From: Sphingobacterium thalpophilum
GTDB lineage: Bacteria; Bacteroidota; Bacteroidia; Sphingobacteriales; Sphingobacteriaceae
NCBI GenBank assembly: GCA_943371425.1
Contig: CALRUR010000001.1
Span: 44,689 to 76,688 of the forward strand
Direction: 5' to 3'
Length of the DNA: 32,000 bases
Positions 1 through 9,321 of this stretch are shown here, piece by piece. The notes beneath the pieces were generated by a model, which was given only the letters and a program-made list of their open reading frames with translations, did not search any database and was not told the DNA's origin. Within the stretch, counting starts at the first letter, position 1. The number at the start of each line of letters is the position of its first letter. The position numbers and the translations under genes are program-made.

Positions 1-3000
1 TTAAAGAAGTTGTAGAACCCGTTAAGGTAATACCCGTAAAGTTTTGAGATGTGATGTTGTTATTTAAATTAATTACGTTGTTTGTAATTTTATTATAATT
101 TGAATTAGAACCTAAATGTATACCCCAACCAAAATTAGTGGCAGAGCTTACTGGTGTAATTATAAAACTATCAATAGTTACATAATCTGCACCATCAATA
201 TAAAAACCATAACGAATTGCAGAGTTGGTAGAATTAAAGTTTAACGCAACACCGTGGCCTTTAAATACAACGGTATTAATGGCACTTGTTCCAACTAAAT
301 CGTTAATTTTTATTTGCTCATTATACGGACCAGCATTTTTGTTTACATCAATAATTACAGGACCACAAACACCACGAGTATTTAAATCGTTTGCAGCATC
401 TGTTATACTTGGATACTTAGCTCCTACACCACCAACGGTATAGGTACCGCTCATGGCTGCTTTGTAATTAATGTTTAATAATGTATCGTTAGAAGTTCTA
501 TTATCTGCTACTGCGTTTGGTAAACTTGTCCATGCATTAATAGTATATGCGGTATCTAAACCAATTGTTCTGGTACCTACTATTACCATGGTATCTGCAC
601 CAGATCCAAGGGTTCCTGTATAAGAATGTGGAGTTTGTAAAACACCATTTATGCTCCAATTTATTTGTGCAGATGTTAAATCGTTAGCCCCGTAGTTTTT
701 CAATCTAAAACCTACTGGTACCAAACCAAAACATGAACCGTTAACTAAGGTCGAACCATTTAATCCGGCATCATTTAAAATTGGAGTAAACTCGTAAGCA
801 CCAGGGTCTGGGTTGGTAGCATTTCTTGTTACTCCATTAATATCATCGGTAACAGCAGCAAGTGGTGTACCCATGTTATTTACATCAAATGAATTTGGAG
901 TTAAATCTCCATTACTTGCATCGGCAAATAATGATCTTGCACTGATAGAATTTTGATCCCACATATTTGTGTTCGCAGTTTTCCAATCGGCTAAAGTTAC
1001 AAATGGGGTGGCTACAAAATAACCAACGTTACGTTGACCTGTTTTACCTACGGTGGTATCTACAAAAATATTGTTGTAATTAAACATCGCTGTTACATCA
1101 GCTGTATTAATCCATACCCCATGTTTATTACCATTTCCACCTTTTGTAATAGAAACATTGTTGTTTAAGTATCGCACTCCTGTTGCTGCACCTGTAGAAT
1201 ACAATCCACCAACATTACCTGCGGTAGCATTTGGGTTATCTATGTGTACGGTATTATTTAAATACTGAATACTATCGCTATTATTAGTATGTAAACCGTA
1301 GTGTATACCATTACTTTTAATGTTGTAAACTATATTGTTTTTAATGATTACTTCTTTACCTGCACGTGCATCATTCGCAGTAACATTTATACCAAAAAAT
1401 GTTGCAGTAGAACTTGGTACTTGGGTATAAGCATCGTGAATTTTATTTTTTGAAATACTTACCGCCTGACTGTTGCCAGTGATGTACATTCCATAACTTG
1501 TTACAAATAAAGTTCTATTTGGTTTAGAAATATCGTTAGCAAGAATTTGTGTACTATCTGTTGCTGTACTATAAATACCATATAAATTTGGATCGTAAAT
1601 AATATTATTTTGAAGTATATTACCTTTCATTAACTGCTGCGAACCTGTAGTACCAGCGAGTGCTATACCCGCATTTCCACCTTTAATAATATTATTTTCG
1701 ATGGTATTATAACTAGCAGAAGTTGCTTGCAAATAACTTGCGCTGCTTGCCGAAAAACTTATGCCAGAGAAATCTGCAGAGGTTGAATTTGCATCTAAAT
1801 TAATTCTACAATTTTTAATAGTATTGTTATTTGCATTGTTACCAATTACTACTGCGAGGCAATAGATAGAACCATCTTCATAATTAATTGTAAAATTATC
1901 GAAGGTGGTGTAATCGGTTCCATTTAAAAACAAAATATGTTTGTTGTTTACTTTTGCCGAATTAATAGTATCAGAAATTACGGCACCGTTACCGTTGAAA
2001 ATAATTTTATTAACAGCGCTAGTACCAACTATATTTTTTAATTCTAGTTGAGCAATGTACGGCCCGCTAGCAGCATCTACATTAAACGTAACAGGTGCAC
2101 AAACACCTCTCGCATTTAAATCATTTACTGCTGTAAGCATATCCGGATAATCTGCTCCAACACCACCAATTGTATAAACACCCGCTAAAGCCGGTCCGTT
2201 CATTTTCACATTTACCGTATCATTCGCCGGGAATTTATCGACAGCAGCATTTAAGCTACTTGTCCATGCTTTAATATTTATTGGCACAGCTGCCGGAAAA
2301 GTTTTACTGCCAATGGCAATTACACGACTAGCATTTTCTGGAATATTGCCAGTATAATTAAAGGGTGTTTGTGCCACACCGTTAAATTCCCAATCAACAA
2401 TTAAACTGGTAATGGCATTTGTACCTAAATTATTTACACGTATGCGTATAGAATCTGTAGAACCTGTACAAGCACCACTTGGACTTACTAATTCTACGGA
2501 TGTATTTAAATTATGTTTATAATCAATTCTTAATTGAGGGTGGTTAGCATTTGACGATGTAAGAGTGGCTGCGGGAGTACTACCAGCAGTTGAAGATGCA
2601 TATCTTGTAGATCCAGTTGCATAATCGGGCACACCTGTTTGTGTATCATAAATCCAAGTGATAGCAGTTGAAGCTGCTGTTTGGGTATACTCTACATAGA
2701 CGGCAAGATTATTACCATTGGCTCCATTAAAAATATAGGCGTTTGTAAATGGAAAAGTTTTAAAACCACTGGTGTTTCCTAAAATAGTATTCGGACTACC
2801 ATCAAATACTAAAGTAGCGTTGGAAATTTCTGTTGCCCATGTTAAGGTTCCTGGCCAAGTAGTAAGAGAAGTATTTTTAATATACATCTTAAAATTGGAA
2901 GTACCTGCAGGTGCTGTAGTAACTGCTTTCCTAAAGGCTAAGGCTAAAATTCTATCACCATCTGTAATGTTCGAAAACAAGGTGGAAGGATAAATATAAG

Positions 3001-3226
3001 CCGTGCGGTTATACCTAGCCGCAGTTGTACCACAATTCATTGGTCCCCAAGTTACAGAAGCTGTACTGGTTGCGCTTGGCCCAATTGTTATACTTTGAGC
3101 AAATAACTGAGAGCTAAGTAACAGTCCTAAAAATAAGACATACACGCCTCTGTAATTAATAACAGGAATTGAAAGGCTTAAGGCATAAAAAATGCCTTTT
3201 AAGCGAGAGCTTAAAGTGTTTTTCAT
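1..3226 (-). CDS. Large secreted/cell-surface protein with parallel beta-helix (PbH1-like) repeats and Ig/CARDB-like modules. It is 3'-partial: the C-terminus lies beyond the window start.
   Basis: Not in the ORF track. Manual reverse-complement translation from ATG (cat at 3224-3226) gives MKNTLSSRLKGIFYALSLSIPVINYRGVYVLFLGLLLSSQLFAQ|SITIGPSATS..., which contains a signal-peptide-like h-region. The frame is open where I checked it: 3226 down to about 3000, and positions 2-60 (..NITSQNFTGITLTGSTTSL). Frame arithmetic is consistent, with codon tops at 3226-3k reaching 4. No minus-strand ORF of 60 aa or more is listed in 1..3508, as expected if one stop-less ORF fills the region. Repeated N-rich turns (NTIENNIIKGGNAGIAL, IIKNNIVYNIKSNGIHYG, RYLNNNVSITKGGNG) are typical of right-handed beta-helices. 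Confidence 0.75.
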   Translation of the reverse strand, partial: MKNTLSSRLKGIFYALSLSIPVINYRGVYVLFLGLLLSSQLFAQSITIGPSATSTASVTWGPMNCGTTAARYNRTAYIYPSTLFSNITDGDRILALAFRKAVTTAPAGTSNFKMYIKNTSLTTWPGTLTWATEISNATLVFDGSPNTILGNTSGFKTFPFTNAYIFNGANGNNLAVYVEYTQTAASTAITWIYDTQTGVPDYATGSTRYASSTAGSTPAATLTSSNANHPQLRIDYKHNLNTSVELVSPSGACTGSTDSIRIRVNNLGTNAITSLIVDWEFNGVAQTPFNYTGNIPENASRVIAIGSKTFPAAVPINIKAWTSSLNAAVDKFPANDTVNVKMNGPALAGVYTIGGVGADYPDMLTAVNDLNARGVCAPVTFNVDAASGPYIAQLELKNIVGTSAVNKIIFNGNGAVISDTINSAKVNNKHILFLNGTDYTTFDNFTINYEDGSIYCLAVVIGNNANNNTIKNCRINLDANSTSADFSGISFSASSASYLQATSASYNTIENNIIKGGNAGIALAGTTGSQQLMKGNILQNNIIYDPNLYGIYSTATDSTQILANDISKPNRTLFVTSYGMYITGNSQAVSISKNKIHDAYTQVPSSTATFFGINVTANDARAGKEVIIKNNIVYNIKSNGIHYGLHTNNSDSIQYLNNTVHIDNPNATAGNVGGLYSTGAATGVRYLNNNVSITKGGNGNKHGVWINTADVTAMFNYNNIFVDTTVGKTGQRNVGYFVATPFVTLADWKTANTNMWDQNSISARSLFADASNGDLTPNSFDVNNMGTPLAAVTDDINGVTRNATNPDPGAYEFTPILNDAGLNGSTLVNGSCFGLVPVGFRLKNYGANDLTSAQINWSINGVLQTPHSYTGTLGSGADTMVIVGTRTIGLDTAYTINAWTSLPNAVADNRTSNDTLLNINYKAAMSGTYTVGGVGAKYPSITDAANDLNTRGVCGPVIIDVNKNAGPYNEQIKINDLVGTSAINTVVFKGHGVALNFNSTNSAIRYGFYIDGADYVTIDSFIITPVSSATNFGWGIHLGSNSNYNKITNNVINLNNNITSQNFTGITLTGSTTSL

Positions 3227-3515
3227 AATTTTAAAAAATTTAAAAATACTAGTATGGTAGTTGTAAATACTAATATCGCATATACTAGACAATTATAATA
3301 CCAAATACCCTTATTAATCTAGAAAAATTATCTTTAAATGCTTCTCAGAAATTTGAACTAATTATAAATTCATTCTATTTACCAAGAATTTTATATGAAA
3401 AAGCTTGAATATGTTTGAACAGATTTTTAAAAAAATTATTAAAAGAGATTAAGGTAACTTTTATGTTACATAGAAAATAAAGTATTAAATTATTCACAAT
3501 TCGTACCTTTAAACC

Positions 3516-4508
3516 ATGAAAAAAATAAGAGTAGCCATTAATGGTTTTGGAAGAATAGGAAGAGTTTTTTTAAGAAATGCATTATCAAATCCTGCCATAG
3601 AAATAGTAGCCATTAATGATTTAACTGATAATATAACTTTAGCACATTTATTTAAGTATGACTCAATACACAGAAGCTTTGCTGGAACGATAGCAGTAGC
3701 GGAAGATGGCTTAATTATTAATGGAAGACTCATTAAAAGCTTTGCAGAAAAAGACCCCAGTAATTTACCTTGGGCAGCGTTAAAAATTGATGTGGTAATA
3801 GAATCGACGGGCAAATTTTTAAGTAAAGAAAAAGCAAATTTGCATCTTAATGCCGGTGCCAAAAAAGTTATCCTTTCTGCCCCGCCAACAGATAAAGACA
3901 TCCCTACTATCGTACTAGGCGTAAACAATTCTATTTTAAAAGATAATTATCAGTTAATTTCAAACGCTTCTTGTACTACCAATAATGTGGCACCCATGGT
4001 AAAAGTGTTAGACGAGCTGGGTATAATAGAAGATGGATATATAACTACTGTACACTCGTATACTGGCGATCAGAATTTACACGACGCACCGCATAGAGAT
4101 TTGCGTAGAGCGAGAGCTGCCGCAGTATCAATGATTCCTACTAGTACAGGTGCTGCCAAAGCCATCACCAGTATTTTCCCACACCTCGAAAACAAACTTG
4201 GAGGTGCAGGAATTAGAGTACCAGTGCCTAATGGTTCGCTTACCGATTTTACTTGTTTGTTAAAAAAAGAATTAAGTGTTGCAGAAATTAATGCGGCTTT
4301 TAAACATGCTTCCGAGAATGAGTTAAAAGGTATACTTGAATATACCGAAGATCCAATTGTTTCAATTGATATACAAGAGAACCCACATTCGTGTGTGTTT
4401 GATGCTCAGTTAACATCTGTAGTGGGTAGGTTAGTAAAAGTAGTAGGTTGGTATGATAATGAATGGGGTTATTCTAATCGTTTAGCAGAGCTTTGTGTGC
4501 TTATTTAA
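3516..4508 (+). CDS. gap: Type I glyceraldehyde-3-phosphate dehydrogenase
   Basis: 330 aa. N-terminal NAD-binding motif INGFGRIGR, catalytic SNASCTTN motif and C-terminal WYDNEWGYSNR are hallmark GAPDH signatures. Confidence 0.97.
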   Translation: MKKIRVAINGFGRIGRVFLRNALSNPAIEIVAINDLTDNITLAHLFKYDSIHRSFAGTIAVAEDGLIINGRLIKSFAEKDPSNLPWAALKIDVVIESTGKFLSKEKANLHLNAGAKKVILSAPPTDKDIPTIVLGVNNSILKDNYQLISNASCTTNNVAPMVKVLDELGIIEDGYITTVHSYTGDQNLHDAPHRDLRRARAAAVSMIPTSTGAAKAITSIFPHLENKLGGAGIRVPVPNGSLTDFTCLLKKELSVAEINAAFKHASENELKGILEYTEDPIVSIDIQENPHSCVFDAQLTSVVGRLVKVVGWYDNEWGYSNRLAELCVLI

Positions 4509-5151
4509 TTAAGCGTTCGTTTAATGCTTTTGCAACTGCTTCTGCTTTACTCGCAACATGTAGTTTACCATATATATTACTGATGTGAGTTCTCACCGTA
4601 TCATAACTAATCATTAATTTATCGGTAATGGAATGATAAGAATTTCCTTCGGTTAGTAATTTTAGAATTTCTAATTCTCGTTTTGTTAAATGATAGTCTT
4701 CTTTATTTTCGGCGACAGGTAATTTAATTTCTTCAGAGAATTTTTTGAGAATTTTTCTGGCAATACTAGGTGTCATGGGAGCCCCGCCTTTAATTAATTC
4801 TTTTAAAGCATTCATAATATTTTTAGGGCTAGCACTTTTTAATAAGTAGCCTTGCGCACCTGCACAAATAGATCTAAAAATTTTATCGTCGTCTTCAAAA
4901 ACAGTAAACATTAAAATGGGTATCGATTTATCGTGTGCTCTAATTAAACTAACAGCTTCAATCCCATCCACTGGCGGAATTTCAATGTCCATAATTACCA
5001 AATCTGCTTCGGCATCTATAATATTTTGCACAACATTCTGATAATCTGGAAATGAATTTACAACCCGAAAATCATCGTACCCATTTATCATTAATTCTAA
5101 TGAAGTTCGAATTTTATGGTTATCGTCGAACAATACAACTTTGTGTGGCAT
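4501..5151 (-). CDS. Response regulator, NarL/FixJ (LuxR-type HTH) family
   Basis: 216 aa. The receiver domain has DLVIMDIEIPPVDG (phospho-acceptor Asp) and a conserved K in LLKSASP. The C-terminal HTH reads LTKRELEILKLLTEGNSYHSITDKLMISYDTVRTHISNIYGKLHV. The start sits 1 nt after the stop of the upstream kinase gene. Confidence 0.93.
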   Translation of the reverse strand: MPHKVVLFDDNHKIRTSLELMINGYDDFRVVNSFPDYQNVVQNIIDAEADLVIMDIEIPPVDGIEAVSLIRAHDKSIPILMFTVFEDDDKIFRSICAGAQGYLLKSASPKNIMNALKELIKGGAPMTPSIARKILKKFSEEIKLPVAENKEDYHLTKRELEILKLLTEGNSYHSITDKLMISYDTVRTHISNIYGKLHVASKAEAVAKALNERLIK

Positions 5152-5152
5152 A

Positions 5153-5866
5153 TTATTTATTTAGTGTATTAAGTGGAATTTTTAACATAATTTCTGTGCC
5201 TTCATTTAAGTTAGAGTTTAACAGTAACACCCCTCCTATTTCAGACGTACGTACTTTCATATTCAGTAATCCATTTCCCATTTTTATAGTGTCCTTATTA
5301 AACCCTAGTCCATCATCTTTTATTTTAATAAGTAAATGTTCATGGGTATTCCCTAGCTCAACCGAAATTGAGGTAGCTTTTGCATATTTAACCGCATTGT
5401 TTATGGCTTCTTTACAAATTAAATAAATATCTCTCCGTTTTAATAAATCTATCTTTTGTATATTCTTGGTTGTGTTTGAAAATAAAATTTCTATTTGATT
5501 AGATGCACACATCTGTTTTGCATAATCTTCAATTTTAACAAATAAATTTTCTAGGGAATCGTTTGCAGGGTTTACCATCCATACGATATCCGACATGCTT
5601 TCTACGGTTTGCCTCGCACTCTCGCCCATTTGAGTAAGTATTTGCAAGGCTTCTTGGTTTTTGTTATGTTCTATTCTTTGTTGCACGGCTTGTGCATAAA
5701 AAGAAATACTGCTAAGAGTAGCCCCTACATCGTCGTGCAAATCTCGTGCAATATTATTTCTAATTTTGCTGAGTTTTTTATGTTTGTTTGACTGAATATT
5801 ATTACTTCTGAAAAACAAAACACCTCCTATTACCATAAGAATGGAGCAAACAATAATAATTATCAT
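5153..5866 (-). CDS. Minimal sensor histidine kinase (HisKA_3 + HATPase_c) with a single N-terminal TM helix
   Basis: 237 aa. TM helix MIIIIVCSILMVIGGVLFF, H-box ARDLHDDVGATLSSI (HisKA_3 type), N-box EAINNAVKYA, G-boxes DDGLGF and GNGLLNM. It has essentially no extracytoplasmic domain. Confidence 0.9.
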   Translation of the reverse strand: MIIIIVCSILMVIGGVLFFRSNNIQSNKHKKLSKIRNNIARDLHDDVGATLSSISFYAQAVQQRIEHNKNQEALQILTQMGESARQTVESMSDIVWMVNPANDSLENLFVKIEDYAKQMCASNQIEILFSNTTKNIQKIDLLKRRDIYLICKEAINNAVKYAKATSISVELGNTHEHLLIKIKDDGLGFNKDTIKMGNGLLNMKVRTSEIGGVLLLNSNLNEGTEIMLKIPLNTLNK

Positions 5867-5951
5867 TAAATTGTGATGTTAAATTAATTAGCCCCTTAGG
5901 GAGATAATATTGACTAATTTAAACATTAAATTTGAATTGAATAATAGCAAA

Positions 5952-6533
5952 ATGAGATTCGAGAAAATTAGAGTGTATATAGAAAAACGTTTATTAGAAG
6001 AATTATCTGCTGAATATACTTACCATAGTTACATACATACCCAAGATGTATTAAAGGCAGCATTACTATATGCTGAATTAGAAGAATTGGCAGAAAAAGA
6101 TATTGAGTTATTAAAAGTCGCGGTATTGTTTCATGATTCGGGTTTTTTAATAAACCATAAAGAACATGAAATGCTAAGTTGCGAATTAGCTCGCTCTGTA
6201 CTCCCTCATTTTGATTATTCCGAAGATGAAATAAAAATTATATGTGGAATGGTTATGGCTACCAAAATTCCGCAAAACCCAAGAAGTAAACTAGAACAAA
6301 TTATTTGTGATGCCGATTTAGATTATTTAGGCAGAACAGATTTTTGGGAAATAGGGGCCTTACTATTTAAAGAATTAAGCTATTTAACCATTGTAAAAAA
6401 TGAAATAGAATGGAATAAAATTCAATTGAACTTTTTAGAAAATCATTCTTATTTTACTCAACATGCTATCGATTTACGCCACTCCACCAAACAAAAACAT
6501 CTGCAACAAGTAAAATTAAAAATCGATGAATAA
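5952..6533 (+). CDS. HD-domain metal-dependent phosphohydrolase
   Basis: Motifs H..HTQDV, LFHDSGF (HD dyad) and CDADLDYLG. The track ORF begins at a TTG (5910). The first ATG (5952, MRFEKIRVYIEK) is the more plausible start. Confidence 0.85.
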   Translation: MRFEKIRVYIEKRLLEELSAEYTYHSYIHTQDVLKAALLYAELEELAEKDIELLKVAVLFHDSGFLINHKEHEMLSCELARSVLPHFDYSEDEIKIICGMVMATKIPQNPRSKLEQIICDADLDYLGRTDFWEIGALLFKELSYLTIVKNEIEWNKIQLNFLENHSYFTQHAIDLRHSTKQKHLQQVKLKIDE

Positions 6534-7350
6534 AAATAGTAATTTATTGGTGCCCATAGATTTTAGTCCGGTAACAGAAAAAGCGCTGGAACATGCATGT
6601 ATATTAGCAAAGAACAATTCTGAACACATCCAACTGTTACATGTTATTAAAAATGAGGAGGAGCATATAGCCCAGGAAATTTTACGTAAACTTTCTCAAC
6701 TTGCCGAAAAATATAATTTGCAATACGGCATAAAAATTTTTCCGAACGTAGAAAGAGGAAATATTTTTAATACGATTAGTGATTTTTCGTTGGCTCAAAA
6801 ATCAAAACTTATAGTAATGGGCACACATGGGGTAAAAGGTATACAACACATTACTGGAGCCTTTGCGGTGCGAGTAATTTTAAGCAGTAAAGTTCCGGTA
6901 ATTATTACCCAACTCGAATCTGCATTACCCAAACAATATTCCAAAGTATTAATTCCCATTAATGAATCGGAAGCCATTAAACAGAAGTTATTAAAGGTTG
7001 TAGAATTTGCAAAAATGACGAATGCAAGTATTACTTTGTTCGAGAAAATTTCTACCGATGAAATTGAACAAAATAAAATTAGCTTGAATACTAATTTTTT
7101 CATGAAACATTTAGCTCAACACCAAGTGGAGGTGAATGTAACACGCATGCAAATGCAAAAAAACGATTTCAGCAAAGCATACATAGAGGCAGCCATTGGG
7201 TTGCAAGCAAATTTAATTGTAATTTTAACTACACCCGAAAAAGGGATTAAAGATTTAGTACTTGGCCCTTTAGAGCAACAAGTAATAAACAATACAGCGA
7301 AAATCCCTGTGATGTGTATAAATACCTTACAAACTATTTATTCAGAATAG
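6526..7350 (+). CDS. Tandem-domain universal stress protein (UspA family)
   Basis: 274 aa with two Usp-like halves (LLVPIDFS...[11 protein letters not shown] and VLIPINES...). The start overlaps the HD gene stop by 8 nt (ATGAATAA), suggesting co-translation. Confidence 0.9.
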   Translation: MNKNSNLLVPIDFSPVTEKALEHACILAKNNSEHIQLLHVIKNEEEHIAQEILRKLSQLAEKYNLQYGIKIFPNVERGNIFNTISDFSLAQKSKLIVMGTHGVKGIQHITGAFAVRVILSSKVPVIITQLESALPKQYSKVLIPINESEAIKQKLLKVVEFAKMTNASITLFEKISTDEIEQNKISLNTNFFMKHLAQHQVEVNVTRMQMQKNDFSKAYIEAAIGLQANLIVILTTPEKGIKDLVLGPLEQQVINNTAKIPVMCINTLQTIYSE

Positions 7351-8527
7351 CGGCAACACCGGGTAGTACTTTTCCTTCCATGTATTCTAACAATGCCCCA
7401 CCACCTGTAGACACATAAGAAACATCGTCTGATAAATTAAACTTTGCTACTGCAGCAGCAGAATCGCCACCACCAATTAAAGAGAAGGCACCGTTTTTTG
7501 TAGCTTCTACAACAGCCAATGCTATTTCTTTGGTACCCTTTTCAAAGCTACTCATTTCAAAAACACCCATCGGGCCATTCCACAAAATAGTTTTCGAATT
7601 GGCAATTATTTCTTTAAAAGTGCTGATTGATTTCGGACCAATATCTAAACCCATCCATCCATCGGGTATGGTATCATTATTGGCTATCGATTGTTTAGCA
7701 TCGTTGTTAAATGCATCGGCAATAATAGAATCTGTTGGAAGCGCAAGATTTACTCCTTTCGCTTTTGCTTTTTCTATTAAACTTAATGCCAATTCTAATT
7801 TATCTTGTTCAACCAAAGAGGAACCAATGTTGCCTCCCATTGCCTTTGCAAAAGTGTAGGCCATGCCGCCACCAATAATAATATTGTTTACGGTGTCTAA
7901 TAATTTTTCAATCAATAAAATTTTATCCGAAACTTTTGCACCACCCATAATGGCGGTGAAAGGTCTATCAGCATTATTCATTACTTTCTCGGCATTTGTT
8001 AATTCATTTGCCATCACATAACCAAACACTTTAGCGGTAGGGAAATAATTGGCTACAATGGTTGTAGAAGCGTGTGCTCTGTGTGCAGTGCCAAAAGCAT
8101 CGTTCACATATACATCACCATGTTTTGCTAATTTTGCAGCAAATCCATCGTCGCCTTTTTCTTCTTCTTTATAAAATCGCAGATTTTCTAATAACAAAAT
8201 TTCGCCTGCTTTTAAATTAGCAGATTTAGAAAATGCATCATCCGAAATACAATCATCTGCAAATAATACAGGAGCATGAGTAAGTTCAGCTAAATGCTTT
8301 ACAATATGTTTTAATGAATACTTTTCTACAGGCCCTTCTTTTGGTCGGCCGAGGTGCGACATTAATACTACCGAACCACCATCTGTTAAAATCTTTTTGA
8401 TGGTAGGCAGTGCAGCACGCATACGTGTATCGTCTGTAATTTCAAAAGCAGCATTTAAGGGTACATTAAAATCAACACGAATTAAGGCGCGTTTACCTTG
8501 GAAGTTTATGGTATCAATTGTATTCAT
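7334..8527 (-). CDS. pgk: Phosphoglycerate kinase
   Basis: 397 aa. Contains [34 protein letters not shown] and [12 protein letters not shown], the classic PGK motifs. Confidence 0.97.
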   Translation of the reverse strand: MNTIDTINFQGKRALIRVDFNVPLNAAFEITDDTRMRAALPTIKKILTDGGSVVLMSHLGRPKEGPVEKYSLKHIVKHLAELTHAPVLFADDCISDDAFSKSANLKAGEILLLENLRFYKEEEKGDDGFAAKLAKHGDVYVNDAFGTAHRAHASTTIVANYFPTAKVFGYVMANELTNAEKVMNNADRPFTAIMGGAKVSDKILLIEKLLDTVNNIIIGGGMAYTFAKAMGGNIGSSLVEQDKLELALSLIEKAKAKGVNLALPTDSIIADAFNNDAKQSIANNDTIPDGWMGLDIGPKSISTFKEIIANSKTILWNGPMGVFEMSSFEKGTKEIALAVVEATKNGAFSLIGGGDSAAAVAKFNLSDDVSYVSTGGGALLEYMEGKVLPGVAAILNK

Positions 8528-8582
8528 TTCTGTAATTTTATTTGAGGCAAAAATAACACATTATCTCAAACTCAAAGCACAT

Positions 8583-8632
8583 TAGCACACTATCTTACTA
8601 GCATACTAACTAACTAGCATACTAGCACACTA
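8583..8632 (+). repeat. TAGCACAC/TAGCATAC word repeat immediately 3' of the motB-like gene (overlaps its stop)
   Basis: tagcacac ta tcttac tagcatac taac taac tagcatac tagcacac taa. Confidence 0.75.
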
Positions 8633-9316
8633 ATAATGTATCCTCAACACCACTCTCCTATTTACAGATTGGTTTGCTGGTATGGGTTCTCCTTTGGGGT
8701 TTCTATTTGGAACAACTGGTTGAGTATCGGCATAGCCTGAAGCTTTTAACCTCCCCGGCGACATTCCTCTATCAATTAAATACCTTACCACATTAGAGGC
8801 TCTTGCTACAGATAACTCCCAGTTAGAGGGGTATTGTAAATTACTAATCGGATTATCGTCGGTATGCCCTTCAACGTCAATTTGGAAATCTGCTTTCTTG
8901 CGTTTATTTACCGCATCAATTACATCAAAAATTTTATCTACAATTTCTTTCCCCTCTGGTAATAACATGGCATCGCCACTGTTGTAAAAGGAGTTGCTTA
9001 AGAAACGCATGTTTATGGCATTGTCTTTATTCTCAATTTCTAAACTATTGCTTTTTACTTCTTGCATCAACATAGAATCTAGCTGATACTTTATTTCGCT
9101 TAGTGGAGTTGACACTTTTTTGCTTTTTACTTTGGAGCTGTAGCTGGCTTTTATTTGATCCCACACATTTTGATCGATGTTAGCCGAGGAAAAAAGTAAA
9201 ATAAAAAAACATAACAAAAGAGTAATTAAATCGGCATACGTAATAAGCCAAAGCTCTTGCTCGGGTTCTCCAAGCAAGGTTTTCTTTACTTTCCTTTTAT
9301 TATCCTCAACACTCAT
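8630..9316 (-). CDS. MotB-like stator B subunit (single TM with conserved Asp, C-terminal OmpA-like peptidoglycan-binding domain)
   Basis: 228 aa. The TM region WLITYADLITLLLCFFILLF carries the Asp equivalent to the proton-carrying MotB Asp. The OmpA-like domain reads VEGHTDDNPI...SNWELSVARASNVVRYL...ASGYADTQP...NRRVVLRI. Confidence 0.9.
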   Translation of the reverse strand: MSVEDNKRKVKKTLLGEPEQELWLITYADLITLLLCFFILLFSSANIDQNVWDQIKASYSSKVKSKKVSTPLSEIKYQLDSMLMQEVKSNSLEIENKDNAINMRFLSNSFYNSGDAMLLPEGKEIVDKIFDVIDAVNKRKKADFQIDVEGHTDDNPISNLQYPSNWELSVARASNVVRYLIDRGMSPGRLKASGYADTQPVVPNRNPKGEPIPANQSVNRRVVLRIHY

Positions 9317-9321
9317 TTTAT

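Noticed and set aside
225-443. Plus-strand ORFs 225..443 and 2772..2993 listed in the track
   Set aside because: Both lie antisense to the long open minus-strand beta-helix ORF (1..3226) and have no recognisable features.
3227-3515. Bacteroidota-type promoter motifs (TTG at -33, TAnnTTTG at -7) in the divergent spacer upstream of gap, and also upstream of the stator operon (13598-13849)
   Set aside because: I could find only partial matches (e.g. tacctttaa near 3500, tattttgg-like strings on the minus strand near 13690). In DNA this AT-rich, such matches are expected by chance, so no promoter is called.
3509-3928. 139-aa minus-strand ORF, plus similar antisense ORFs at 5052..5426, 5609..5791, 6795..7103, 7530..7859, 8397..8585, 9177..9437, 9437..9658, 10131..10328, 10497..10724 and 11590..11778. 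Also at 13296..13652, 14330..14653, 14663..14929, 14748..14936, 17055..17255, 17390..17596, 19050..19250, 19510..19692, 19823..20374, 20217..20516 and 20402..20614. Also at 20684..20899, 22609..22872, 23140..23544, 23884..24189, 24413..24610, 24592..24822, 24886..25473, 26174..26359, 26605..26850 and 31371..31562
   Set aside because: Each lies inside, and antisense or out of frame to, a gene with clear family motifs. Their translations are low-complexity or Leu/Ser/Ile/Phe-rich with no recognisable motifs. They are shadow ORFs, which are expected in AT-rich DNA.
5910-5951. TTG start at 5910 for the HD-domain gene
   Set aside because: An ATG 14 codons downstream (5952) gives a typical-length protein. 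The first 14 residues (TNLNIKFELNNSK) have no conserved features. The TTG start is retained only as an alternative.
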